Both the position numbers and the translations under genes were made by a program. From Camelus dromedarius (Eukaryota), in contig NC_087436.1 of the NCBI RefSeq assembly GCF_036321535.1, forward strand, positions 24,678,001 through 24,742,000: a stretch of DNA of 64,000 nucleotides. The letters run 5' to 3'. How positions within the stretch are numbered: position 1 is the first letter of the stretch; every line of letters starts with the position of its first letter. Of this stretch, positions 1-13,079 are shown one piece after another. The notes beneath the pieces were generated by a model. That model saw only the letters and a list, made by a program, of their open reading frames with translations, searched no databases and was not told where the DNA came from.

Positions 1-959
1 AATTAAATTTATAATTTCATAATTTAAAAATATATTTTTTCATATTTTCACTTTCTCCTTGTCTTTTCTTAAAATTAAGGACACCTCAGTATTTATGTTT
101 ACAAGTATTGCTATTAGCTTGATTCCTTTGATGCTAAGTCATTTTCTTCAATCTGCCTGGGTAAGGACTGAGTTTTTGGGCACAATGAATGTGGTGAGAT
201 TTATAGACATCTAAAGCCTCAACACAGACATACCCCAAGAAGTTGTACTTTGGAATCCCACTCATTGTCATTGTGCTAACCTGTTAAATTTTGATAGTTT
301 GGTAGTTGATGACAGTTAAAAAATTCCTGGCTGACATGTTAGTTATGATTTGAAAGCCTGGAGGAGTAAAATGTCTTGAAATTTTTCCTAGTTCTAAATT
401 TAACAGATTTAGAGAGCTCTCCTTCCTTCTTCAGTATGTTAAATGTGGAAGAATGTCTCAAATGTAAAAACAAACTTGATGCTAATGGTGAACAATAAAG
501 TTTGTAATTTCGTACTTATTTTAAGATGACTTCGTAACTGGTATTGAGCATAGTTATAATGGATTTATTGAAATTGAATCTGAACAATGCAATAAAAAAA
601 TCTCTCATATATGGAAGAAAACATCAGTTAATTTAAACGACTCTCCTTGGGACAACGGATCATCTTGCTGTGCCAAATACATTATTAATGTTCAGATGAA
701 TTGGCCAAAATACTGGATATTCAGCAATATTACTTGCAACCAATGATTTCTGATAGCTGGTTGTAGGGCGAGTGGGAGAAGCTGGATACATATGCTTAAA
801 TTTCGTAGGGACTTTACATATCAGCTAATTTTTAAGCTTTTCCTTTTATAGTTGGGAAAACGAAGTTCTAGAAATTAAGTTCTTATTCACAGTCACAAAG
901 TGAAGGTCAGTCTTCTTATGTTCTGCCTTACTAACAACTATCCTTAAAACTCAGCAGAT

Positions 960-1532
960 TGTAAAACAGAAAGAGATTCCTGAAAAAATTAAAAATAGAA
1001 CTGCCACATGATCCAGCAATTTAAATTCTAGGTATTTACCTAAAGAAAACAAAAATACTAATTCATCAAGCTATATGTACCTCAATGCTCATTGCAGCAT
1101 TATTTATGATAATCAAGATATGGAATCAACCTAAGTGTCCATTAGATGAATGGATAAAGAAGATGTGGTTTACACAGAAAAAGGAATGTTACTCAGCCAA
1201 ATAAGAATGACACCCTGCCATTTGCAACAATATGAATGGATCCAGCAGGTATTATGCTAAGTGAAATAAGTCAGACAGAGAAAGACAAATACAGTATGGT
1301 TTCACTTATATGTGGAATCTAAAAAACAAAACAAAGCAAAACAAAAGCATACTCATCAATACAGAGAACAAGTGGGAGGTAGCATAGTCAATAATATTGT
1401 AATAACTGTATATGGAGACAGTCACTGGACTTATTATGGTGATCATTTCATAAGGTATGCAAATGTCAAATCACTATGTAATATACCTAAAACTGACATA
1501 ATGCTGTATGTCAACTGTATTTCAATTAAAAA
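960..1532 (+). mobile_element. 5'-truncated LINE-1 (ORF2 3' end + 3'UTR, L1MA-like) with TSD
   Basis: L1 3' motifs (GATCCAGCAAT, AACCTAAGTGTCCA, GCCATTTGCAACAA, ATGCTAAGTGAAATAAGTCAG); A-tail; TSD AA(A/G)ACTCAGCAGAT at 946-959 and 1533-1546. Confidence 0.93.
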
Positions 1533-2179
1533 AAGACTCAGCAGATGCCTCGAGCAGGACACACTCCTGACATCCTTCCTCAACGCTCCTTTGATTTTCC
1601 AAAATTTCCAAGCATATCATAACCATCTGTTATATAAACTTGGTTAAATGTGAGCTTGGCAATGTTCTGCTTATCTATGTATTCCCAATGTCCAGAACAT
1701 ACCTGAAAATACAATGGATGCTCTATAAATATCACATTTCCACGACACTCTTCCAGTGTCCTTTTCTGTTTTTCGGTCTCATGGTCCAGGCGAGAGTTTT
1801 TCTGTTTATAGCAATGGGACAGTTTCCTCCCCAGTAGCATCTTACAGAAAACCACAGTGCATAAGACAGATAATAGAAGAGCTGGCTTGATGAAACAGGA
1901 ACCAGGAAGCCAGATGCCAGGCTTTTTGGCCTTCCCTCTCATGGCTCTGCAGCAGGGGTTCAGGGGAAGAAGATACATCTCAGAGGGGTGCCAAGGCTCA
2001 GGGAATCACAGGACCTGAGTCACATCACCAGGAATGAAGACCTGTCATTCCAGACTCTTAAAGAGAACTAGAATTAAGATCCTAACTAGGAATAGTTAGT
2101 GCATATTCATTAGTCTATGTCTGTTTGAGAAAGTTAATCATCTGTTAGCTTATACAAAGTCATGCAGGAAGCTATATGT

Positions 2180-2387
2180 TCATTCAGTTCTCTTACCAAT
2201 TATGTAATGAGCACCTATTCTATTTTAATAACTATGGATACAAAACAGTGAGCAAATGGGCCAACATACTTTCTTTCTTGGAGCTTCCATTCTGATAGGG
2301 GAAGACAGACACTAAAAAAATAGTTGATTACATAGTATGTTGGATGATGATGGTGATGTCTATATGGAAACAGTGTGAAAGGGGTAC

Positions 2388-2427
<40 letters not shown>

Positions 2428-2597
2428 TGTGTGTCTGTGTGTGTGTGTTGGGGTGTTGCAGTTAATGGGGTAGTAAAGGAAGGCCTAAGTGACATTTGCG
2501 TGTAGTCCTGAAGGAGGTGAGGGAATGAGACACAGACTGTCTGGAGACAGTAAGTGTAAAGCCCTAAGTGAAAGCGTGCCTGGTATGTGTAAAGAGG
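2180..2597 (-). mobile_element. L2 3' fragment containing a (TG)n microsatellite
   Basis: CATTCA...ATGAGCACCTA...GGAGCTTCCATTCT...GGAAGGCCT...GTGACATTTG...CCTGAAGGAGGTGAGGGA resembles the reverse-strand L2 tail. Confidence 0.75.
2391..2447. repeat. (TG)n microsatellite
   Basis: Directly visible. Confidence 0.98.
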
Positions 2598-2649
2598 GTT
2601 TCTCTCCTCACTCTCCTTTACATGAGATTCCTTAGATTACAAAGACCCA

Positions 2650-2767
2650 AAATGTGACAATGAATATATATATGTTCATTTATAACTGAAAAATTGTGCA
2701 CACTGGAATTTGACACAACATTGTGAAATGATTATAAATCAATAAAAAATGTTAAAAAAAATAATAA
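2650..2767 (+). mobile_element. Very short, young L1 3' tail with TSD
   Basis: Near-identical to 56257-56360 (AAATGTGACAATGAATATATAT...AAATCAATAAAAAA); TSD ACA(A/G)AGACCCA at 2639-2649 and 2768-2778. Confidence 0.88.
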
Positions 2768-4154
2768 ACAGAGACCCATAGAATAATTTTGATAAAGGAA
2801 ACAATTTGGTTGGATTTCCTTAGTTCAGATTCTATAAATAGGCAATAGATAGCAAAGTACTTTCATTAAGAATGATCTAAGAATAACTTACCTGGCCTTA
2901 CGGAATTCAGTTTTCTTTGGCTAATTATGTTGATTCACATGCATGCTGATTTGGGATGCAAATAAATTCCCTTTCCATTTTTCTCCCTATTCCTGTGCAG
3001 AAGGGAAGCGTTGGAGGTCTTTAAAATAGGCCAGAGTCTCATCTGGGGTAGTTTAGGAGAGGCTTTGCCTGAAGGCAGATCAATCTCTCCAGTCTCATCA
3101 CTGCCCAAAGAGTCTTTACAATAGACTGTGCCTCTCCAGGTGATCTCAAATTCTTACTATTAGCCAGGAGAACGTTCTTTGGCACTGTCATCCTTTCAGT
3201 TTTCCCTGTATCAGATGCAGAGAAAATACTGGGCGTCATAGACTTTAGCGTGTGTGGGAGAGCTGTTCTCCATCATTTAGACTGGAAGCAGCATCATTAG
3301 GGCAATGCCAAAGGAAACGAGTCCTGAGAGGTTGCTGTGTGATTCCTGTGACCACATTTGCTACAGACCCTATTTTCTAAAATGCCTCACTAGTTTCTTT
3401 CAAGGGAGATTGTTATCTGCTTCTCTAAACAACTTGTTTTGTAGCCCAGTCACTTGTGGAGAGGACAAGTTATGAGGCTTCCGAAACAGGCTGGTGTTGA
3501 GGGTAACAGAATGGCGACCAAGGGCCTTTAAGACCTGTTCACATGTTAGATTTTGTTTGGAGCCCAATCCTGGCCCCATGGAGTATAATGTTTATGTTTT
3601 ATTTAATGAATGCCCAACACTGAAAAATGGATGCTATATAACTTCCTAGTGTGAGGCTGGGGAAGGGGAGTCAAAACAATAGTGCAGAAGGGAGCTTGAA
3701 GTGGAGCAGATATACCCTGTCCTGTCATTACCAAGTTCATACTCTTCAGTTGTTTTCACCTGTTTATATGCCTGTCCTGTGGCTCCCCTGAGGACCTGCC
3801 TTCCATAAATGCTTGTCATTACTGGGGGGCTGTTAGTAGTGGTGTTTGTGGGGGGCAGGGTAAGGAGATCGATGACAGGAGTGGGGAACTTGTGTTGCAT
3901 CATAAACAATGACCCCAGGCTTACACAACTACGCCATACTTCATGCAAGAGATGATTTATTTTTATTTAAAATATTCCACATGAGCTTTTTATTAGAGGA
4001 ACTCAATGGCAAATTATTTTTAAAATAGAACTTTTTCCCTAATTAGGCTATTTTGTAAAATTGGATTTTCCTTGTGCAGATTACATGAAAACAGGAAGCA
4101 ACTGTAAGATACCTTGTTAGATGTCACGAGCTCAGCTAAGGGGTGCGAAAAGTG

Positions 4155-4330
4155 CCTAGCTTTAGATACCAGAGAGATCAGGTTGGAATCTTGGATCCAC
4201 CATTTGCAAGCTCCGGGACTAGATCAGTCACTTTCCTTCTCAGTCTTCAGCTGATTCATGTGCAGAAATGGAGCTAATGATTCTTCTCACACTGGGTTGT
4301 GGGGTAAAGGCTCTGATGCTCAATAAAGGC
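4155..4330 (+). mobile_element. MIR SINE (degenerate)
   Basis: GGTTGGAATCTTGG...TCACTTTCCTTCTCAGTCTTCAG...CATGTGCAGAAATGGAGCTAATGAT resembles the MIR core. Confidence 0.7.
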
Positions 4331-7300
4331 TCAACAGATGTGATTTCTTCTATTCTCTCCCCATTGGTGGGCATTCGCACACTCTTTTAGACTGAACTAC
4401 TGCAAGCATCATCTTAGTTTATCAGAGAAGTCAGCCAGTTATGGTAAAGAAACCATTTCTTCCTCAAACCATTCCTTAGTGCTTTCCCTGGACCTTGGTG
4501 ATTTATCCTCAAGTCTGACATCACCTGTAATCATTTTCTGACACCAGTCCCTGTGGTGGCCTCAAGGACTTCCTCTACTCGGGTCCTGCTCACTTCTCAG
4601 TGCCTTAGAAGTGATGTCACATTGGAGCTCATCACATTTACTGATGTCACAGTAAACATGACATCACATGTCAACCTGTTGTACTGGATTCTGGGTTTCT
4701 TCCAAGTGCCCCAGTTCAACATTTTTTTTACTGAGTCAGTTCCTTCATATTTGAGGAAAAGCTTCGGGTATCCAATAGGTTTAATAGAAGCTGGCAAATA
4801 GTTAGGAAAAAACCTTTCCCAAAGTTTCTGTGCTTATTACATGTATTTTCCCATAGACCAAATTAGAATACTCTAATTCTATAGCACTGAGGAATACTCT
4901 AATTCACCACCCCTAAGGAACTCCCACAATGGTGAATACTGCGATAAAACACAGGAAACTGGCCCGGATATTGTAAAAACAACAAGATATTTGTCAATTT
5001 GACCCTCTTGGTGGTTGGGTGGGATGGTGCTTCTCTGTCTCCTCCCGTAGAGGAGATATATCCATTTACTGTTATGTCCCTGGATCATTTCCTTCTATAA
5101 AGAAAGGATGAATTGTGTGTATAAAGACAGTTATCTATTTAAGATATTAACATTTTTGTGTCTTCTTTTAAAGTATTCTTGCTATTTTGGGGCAAGCCTA
5201 AGGGGAGTAAGTGGGTTTCAGCATTTGCCAAGTAGTGGTGTTATCACCTTGGCCATGAGTGTTGAGTCTTCGGCTCTCCATGGAACATACCTGTATGCTG
5301 CACATCTGAGAACGCACCGTGTTTGCATTTCTTTATCAGGGCAAATGGCAGGATAGTGAATTTGTTCTGCTTGGAGCTCCAATGATCTAATAGTTGAGTC
5401 TCTGCTGCACTTACTTGTATACTTTCCACTGTGCATTGACCAGTGTCTACCACATCACTGTATTTCTCAGTTTCTGTGGAAAGGGCTATAGAGGAGGACC
5501 AATTCCTCCTGCTCCAATAATCCTGTAATGTCATTCTGTGACCAGTGCCTGATTTCTGGACTGCCATTCTTGAACTTGTATCCCCAAATGAGTATTGTCC
5601 TTCCAAAGAGCTACCCGGGAAGGTTAAACACTAACTCCAGTAATACCATGAATGCCGATGTGCAATTGTTTGAACCATTTCTGGGACTTCCCTTTGGAAA
5701 CTGCTTCAGAGGCAAAATACTAGACACAAAAAAACCAATGTGCTGATATCAGGGGCTTTAAAATCTAAGAACAGAGTATTGATCTCTTTGAAAATCAGCA
5801 CTGTATGAATGTATAAACTGTAGTTTGTTAAAAAAAAAAATCAGCCCTACTATTTTATGGTTACAACTGACAAGGATAGAAAAGAATATTTATGATAACA
5901 TCTTAGCCCAGCTATAGCTGACGGCCTGGGACAGAAACGACAATCCAGAGTTTCAGCTTTTCCTTGACCACCAGCAATGTGCCCTTTTCTAGTCATTATG
6001 TCATGCATTGGTACTTGTTTCCCTTCCTCCTTGATTAAAAAAAATTATTTTTCTTTTTCTGTTAAGTCATTCTCCCGCGGTCCCTGAACTGGCAGTCTCT
6101 CTTGTTTGTGGGAAGCTTTTACATTCCCAGTTCCAGGCAAATTCTTTGATGGTTCAAAACCCTCTGTTTGTTATTCTCTCCTTTCTAGCCAAGACCATCT
6201 TTACTTCTTGTTCCTGAAGCCATATGCCTAGCCACTGTTCTTCTTTCAGAAGAAACTGCTAACCACTTTTGCCTCCCCGTGATACTCACTGAGTGGTCCC
6301 CACTCCCTTGCAGCGTTGTATTTGAAATCTGAACTCATAGTAAGCAAGGATGTGGGTAACAGGGTTAAGATTTCTGAGTAGCCTTTCATATGTCATATTG
6401 ATGTGTGTGTGTGTGTGTATTCTCTTTTCTGAGTTCTAATCTTTTTACATATGTCCCACTGGGCAAGTTTCTACTAATTACTAAGGCTAAATGAAAGCCT
6501 CCTCTTCAGAGGGAGGTTATTTTGGTTGAGCAGCATTTAGGAGTTTGGTCGCATGCAGCATTTGCAAGAAAAAGGAAACTCAAAGTCCAGAAGACGGATC
6601 AGTGACCCAGTCAACCCGAGTCCCTGGGCACCACACTTACTTTTTGCTTCAATAAAGTCTGCTTCAAAGCAATCTCAATCCTTCATCAAAGAGATTTCCA
6701 GAGCACTCCCCATGGGTTAACATAAATCTTACTGTTCTCGCTCTTTTTTTTTTTTTTTTCCAAGTTGCCTTTCAGAAAAAAAAAAAAATCAGTCCTGTGT
6801 CTCCATTTCTTTAAATCTTTTATCCTCGGGCTGCTACCACTGGCTGTATAGATTACATATTAGCAGTTAAGAATATTCCACAAAGTCCTGGCTTGTTCTC
6901 ACCCTGCAGTGCTTACAGTCACCGATTGCGATGAAAGGAATTTGAAAGGCACAGCCCGGCAGTCCTGAACCGGCTCAGCACACACCCTCTCTGTGGCTTA
7001 TCGCACTGTAGATGTTCTTTTGACCAGCCATCAGTCGTATTGGAAACTTTCCCGTGATTCCTGAGACATGAACCCCTTAGGTAGACGTTAACAACACAGC
7101 ACATGAGCACGGGCTAAGGAAAATACTTTTGACTTCAAGTTCAAGAAATGCTTTGTTCCTGCTCAGAGTTTTACATTTTCTTAGGGTCTCCCTTCTCTTG
7201 GGCAGCCTCAGTGGCCCCCTGCTATATAAGTCAAATTCGAGAATCCATGGATGCTTAAGTGGCTACCATAACCAGAGAAGAAAGGCTCCTGGAGGGAGAG

Positions 7301-9734
7301 GGAGAGGAATAAAGAGAAACAGAGAAAGAGATGGAGCAGAGAGAGGAGAGGGATGATGAGAACAGGAGAGAGCTTATCAAATTGAAGGCAGAAGTGATTG
7401 GGAAAGAGCCAAGCCCTGAGGGAGCTGGAGGTGCAGACAGAGCTCTCAGTGTCAAGGTCAGGAGCATCTAGAGAGAAGGAGGAAATCCTGTGAGCTGGGA
7501 CATCTGCGTGCTTGACGATGAACAGATATAAAGGAGCCATCTGGGAAAATGTTCTGGGGAGCTGGAGGTTCACTTGTTACTCAGACCCTCCCCTGTGTGA
7601 TTCCTCTGTTGTTTTTAAAACGTGAGCTTTGCTTTAAAAAAAAATATGAATTTTTATGCCTGGTTCAGGGTACCAGGGCTGATGGGGATTGAGCTTTGAG
7701 CTCTGGGGCTAATATTTAAACATCAAAGAAGCCAGAGGAGCCCTCAGAGCAATCAGGCAGACTTCATTTTCAGTTACTTCTAGCTGAAAGAGAAGAGGGG
7801 AGTCGTCTGTAAAATTATGGGGCCTGGGACCCCCATATCATCATGCGTTATTTTGAGTGGACAGGGCACTGATTGCTCAGTGCTATGGGAAAGCTGTTCA
7901 TCAACTGAACAATGGAAAAAGCAAGTGCCACCTGCATCCCTGCGGTGAGGGTTGAAGACGGGAATTAAAATGTCACCCTTTCTTTTATCTTCAGCTGCAG
8001 TTTGGAGGTACTTCTCTGGAGGGTTGACTTGCTCCTTCTTTCACTGGGTTGTAATAATTCCATTAAAAGTCTCTTGCTTACTCAAGTAAAACACCCTACC
8101 AAGTGAGTGGCATTTGGCAACCTCGTTTCCCTTTTCTTGATTATTCTAGTCTATTGATCTGTGTCTCTGGAGAAATTCTGGAAACTTCCAAGAAGTCTTT
8201 TGGAGTTTAAAATATTATCTCCCTGGTGATTAACTTGAATCAGAGGCTAATAAGATGAATTCCTCCCTTGCATTGGTGATCCCAGATCTTCCTCGCACTC
8301 ATCAGTCCTCCAGCTCTCAGAGAACTTAGAAACGCAAGAGTACATTTGTCACCAGTGGGTAGCAAGGCAACAGAACTATTCAGATTGGTCAGACAGAAAT
8401 AAATGCCTTTGCAGGAAAAGTAAAAGGCACACAATTGGTTGTAGGAAATTGGAAAGACAGAATTCTACATGAAATAGTGGAAGGAAAACCCCCATTCTGT
8501 AAAAACCACAGAATTACTATTATCCTGTTTTTGGTAAATTCCACGAGGTCTGGATCCAAATAATCTGCCACTGAGAACAAGGGTAAAAAAACGGAAGTGT
8601 TTTTCTTTGTACTTTATTTCGAAAACATCCTGATTGGCTTTTGAATTCCTGGAGCACATAAGGAAAAGAATGTAGTAAGCTTTTCCAGAGAGTCCACTTT
8701 CTCTTAGAGAGAAGAGAGTAGAAAAATGAATGATGGGTTACTTCTAATTTACAATGATGGGCTCATCTCTCCCAGATATTACTTTGGTTCTTGGATGATC
8801 GCTTTTCCCCACCTGAACCCTGATTGCTTTTTAAAGATGAAAAGGATCACAGGGGCTGTATAGTCCATTTCTAGTCTTTACAAGTTTGCAACTTACACAT
8901 TGCTTTTGATGCTAGTTTAAAATTATTTGGATAATGAAAATTTCGGTTTGTTTTAAATGTTTTTGCTCCATGGCTTAATTAACAAATAAACCCTTATAAA
9001 CAAAACTGATTAGTTCGTATCTCTTTTTAAGCTTTATTTGTATTGAAGCCCAGACTTCAGATGTCATTAGCAAAGTTATTTTGAACGTAACTAGTGGCTT
9101 ACTTTATTAGAAGAAACCAAATAGCCAACATGAGAAATACTGCTAATGTGTACACGTCTACAAGAAACATGGTGCTTAACAAGAAACATGTAAGACGTGA
9201 TACAGTACTGAAGTGAATTATCCTTCTGTGCTTGCTCTCAGATTTCACACTCTTTGTTTTTTAACCTATGCTATAGTTTTTAGATATTCTGAAGCTCTGA
9301 CCACTTCATTCATACTTGTATTAAAAAAAAAAAAAGCAACACCCTCCAAAAGAAATGGTAATGTTTCTGCTACTGTTCTTAGAAAGACAATTTGATCTTT
9401 ATCAAAGAGCAAGGATAAAACCCACGTATTAATCATTCTCATCGCCTATGTTCTAGATTTAAGATTATTGCCTTTCTCTTTGCTTCAGTATCTTCTTTAA
9501 CCCACACTACTTTCTTTTTGACAGGGAAGATAAGGGTACAGGGCAGAGCGTACAAGGCAGGGTGTAGGGCTCTAAGATGTACGTGTTCCTTAGGGGGCAG
9601 GATCCATGTCATTTCAGCGTTTATTCCACCCTCAGACTATCTCTCTCTGCTGAAAACTTAGAACAGAGCTTGACAATCATTTGATTTTGTTGACTGGATA
9701 AGTGAGTAAGAAGATGGAATTTGTGGGCAAGTCT

Positions 9735-10210
9735 AGACCAAGAGTTCCCAAAGGGTAGTTCTGTGTAACATTAGTCTAGATGTATATCCCATGAAAATAT
9801 TCTAAGAAAAAAAGATTGAGAAATACTACAGATTATATTTGCTTTTGGGGGAGTCAAAATGCACATTAGTGTATTAAAGAGTCTGAAAAAGTCCTATAGG
9901 AAAGAAATCTGTAGTAAAGCAATAAACCCAGGGTTTTGCAAATCTATTTGACAGTGAAACTTTCTCCCCTCTTTTTAAAAACTTTCTTCTTTTTATTTTT
10001 ATTGATGTATAGTTGATTTACAGTACTGTTGTTAGTTTCTGGTGTACAGCATAGTGATTCAGTTATACATACATATATATATATCTTCTTCATATTTTTT
10101 CATTATAGGTTATTACAAGCTATTGACTATAGTTCCCTGTGCTTTACAGTAGGACCTTGTTGTTTATCTAAAACTTCCTTCTTAATGTCCCATAGAACCA
10201 GTGCTCTAAT
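9735..10210. mobile_element. hAT-Charlie (Charlie4z-like) remnant interrupted by an L1 tail
   Basis: GCACATTAGTGTATTAAAGAGTCTGAAAAAGTCCT...AACCCAG...ATTTGAC matches the recalled Charlie4z pattern. Confidence 0.55.
9990..10169 (-). mobile_element. L1 3' tail with probable TSD
   Basis: T-tract then ATTGATGTATAGTTGATTTAC...GTGATTCAGTTATACAT...ATAGTTCCCTGTGC; AAAACTT(T/C)CTTCT on both flanks. Confidence 0.9.
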
Positions 10211-11499
10211 TAACATCCTAGATTAAGATGGATTAAACTCAGATGGAACATTTTGCCTTCTTTGGGCATTGCATTTAAGATGTAGGTATTGAGTATGTAA
10301 CCATGTCTTCAGGTATCACAAGAAGTCCTATTAATAAGAACAAGGAGACAATAAAGTAAAAGCATTTTCCATCAGTTCAGAAAAAAAAAAAAAAGAAAAC
10401 AGTTGAAACAAACATCTTGATGAAATATTGCTTAGGGAGGAACCAGATACCACTTGAAGATATAAATGTCTATTATGGGAAACCATGGTTAGGCCTGCCT
10501 AAAATATTTGCTATTGCAGAGTCCCAGGCTTAAAATAATCTTACAGAGAGAAAGTGTGTACTCTCCTGGAATGAATAACAATTTAGCCTGGGCAAGTAGT
10601 AGAGATGGATGGTTTTATGTGTTTTTGAATTTTTTGTTTTTCTGGCATAAGAGTGGACTGACAGAAAAATCAGGCTACCTAAATATTTTTTCTTATGTTT
10701 CTAAGGCTTGTGAAAAGCTTTACCACGAAGAGGCCAGTGTACAGTTTCCTGGGCAAGTTTCGCCGTGACTTGTTCTGTCCTGAGTATCATTAGAGCCCTT
10801 GTTTGAGACAAATGGGCTCCATCATTTCTTCACTGCTCAGACCGGTAGGAGGAAGATGGCACTGACGTGAGTGAAGCTTTCACACGGCAGTCACCTTCCC
10901 TTTATTTCTGCTCTCCCTTCTTTTTGGGTAATGAATCGGGGTGTCATTAGCTGCCTGTCTTGTGTTCATCACTGTCAGGACTGGCAGGGTAACAGATAAC
11001 AGCAGAGATTCAGGGCCACCCAGGGAATGCAGCCTGACAGGACCTCATCTATCACTCCCCTTTTAGGGGGTCTCTGTGGTAGAGCTAGCATCAAAGCTGT
11101 AATCGAAGCGCACCGGGTCGCGCAGGGGCCAGGCAGGGCTGCTCTGCCAAGAAGCAACTTGAGCTGTCAAATCTGCTTTGTAAATGAAGTGCTTTTCTAG
11201 ACACAGTGTGTTTATAATTGTCATACAGTATGTAGTCCCTCAACATCCAAGAGCTTCTCTCCATGAGCTCCCTCTCGTTATTTTCAGACAAATGAAACTT
11301 ACCCCATGTAGAGAAAAGGTGTGCCAGAAAACGGATTTCTTTGACCTTGGGCTTACCTAAGCATACTCTCCTTCTGAGGTCTATCTTTTTGCCCTAAAGG
11401 ACTTGAGTGCCTTCTCCTTGAACAGCTCAATTATTAAGGCAAGATAAGAATGGCTTGACCAGAGGACCACCTCTTCTTTTGTCCTTTTTCCTGGGTGAG

Positions 11500-12400
11500 T
11501 CTACCTTCATGGCTACTTCCATCAGCCTCCATCCATGTCAGCGACTTTCAGGTTTACATCAGCAGCCAGCTTAGTTCTCCAATCTCCATGTGTCCAAATC
11601 TCTACTTTCATGTTCCACAGGCACCTTAGATTCATCATGTCCAAATAGGATATCTCATCTTTGCTCCAAACCTGCTTTCTTCTGCATTCTTAGTCTCAAG
11701 AAATACATCACCTTCCAGCAAGAAAAGGAGGAGAAGCAACCCAGACCTGTTGCTTATCTTTACCCTCCTCCAAAATCCAATTAAAATTAATTCTGTTGGG
11801 ACCAACCCCTAAATATCTTCAAGAGTCATCTCTTCTTCTTTATCACCTTGTTTCACCTGGATTTTTCAATAGCCTTCTTAATGCTCATCCTGCCCCTCTC
11901 TGTCCACACCATGGAGAGGCTTCCAACATAGAGAGCCGAATCATGTCACTTGCCTACTCAACAGTGACTCCTCATTGCCTGTGGGATGGGCTATGCCCCT
12001 TCCTGTGACATTCCAGGCTCTTTATAATTTGGCTCCTGACTCTCTGACCACTTTCATCTCCTGGACTCTCTGCCTTGAGCTCATGATCTAGCAATACTGA
12101 ATTACCTGAATGTCTTAGAGGATGCCAGTCCTTTTAAAGTCTCTGTACCTTTTCACATGCCATTTTCTCTTTCAGGAATGTCCTCTCAGGACATGCCCAC
12201 TCAGTAAATACTGTTCATTTTTTGGAGGTGAGGGTTATAATTATTTTTGTTTATCTAATTTACCCCTAGTGTGCTTTTTAAATTTAAGAATTTTTTCTTT
12301 CTTTCTTTTTAAAATACTGTTCATTTTTAAGTCTCAGTCCAGGGACTTTGTCATCTTCTTAACTTAACTTCTCTAACTCACTTCCACTCACTGTTATAAG
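11500..12400 (+). mobile_element. L2 fragments
   Basis: CACAGGCACCTTAGATTCATCATGTCCAAA...CCAAACCTGCT; AATAGCCTTCTTAATG; ATCATGTCACTTGCCT are typical of L2. Confidence 0.7.
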
Positions 12401-12436
12401 ATGATTTTTCATGCCTGCCTTTCCACTATGAAGCAA

Positions 12437-12660
12437 ATACCATTTATTGAGTGACTCCAGTTGTCAGGCACTATGTTAGTTTCTTTATGTATTTGTATTT
12501 GATTCTTCAAATCTGCCCACTAGGCAGATACTATTTGACCAGTTATATAGATGATGAAACTGAAGCTCAGACTGATTAGTTTCCCTAAATTTATAACCTA
12601 GTAAGTGGTGAATATGGTTTCTACTCCAAGTATATGTGACTTTACAATGCTGCTCTTTCC
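12437..12660 (-). mobile_element. MIR
   Basis: ACCATTTATTGAGTG...TCAGGCACTATG...ATAGATGATGAAACTGAAGCTCAGA. Confidence 0.85.
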
Positions 12661-12824
12661 TTTGTTTTAAACTCTGTATCTGTTCATGTCTTGAGAATAA
12701 ACACTCTTTTTATTTTTCTAATGCTGAACACAGTGTTTGCTACAGAGTAGACATTCAACAGACAGTCACTGAATGAGTAAAACTCATAAAGGATTCCATA
12801 TACTTGTACCCACATGGCATATTA

Positions 12825-12990
12825 TACACATTATCTCTATTTTTCAGAACAACCCTGTTGGAGATAATGATACTCCCATTTTTACAGTTGTGGAAACTAA
12901 AATTTGAGCAGTTAAGTGACTTTGCTAAGGTCACATGGGAGGCAGAAGCAGTGTTTTCTCATTCTATAGCCTATGTTCTTTTGAACACGT
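12825..12990 (-). mobile_element. MIR
   Basis: AACAACCCTG...CCCATTTTTACAGTTGTGGAAACT...GTTAAGTGACTTTGCTAAGGTCACA. Confidence 0.85.
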
Positions 12991-13079
12991 CATGCTGGCT
13001 GCCAGTGAATGAATTCTCTGATGACAATGAAAGCATCGACATCAGGGAAGGGATACAGAGAGACTAAGGGCGTATGGCT

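Noticed and set aside
8280..8310. CTGATGAG hammerhead-like core on the minus strand
   Set aside because: No stem II followed by GAAA and no matching flanking helices.
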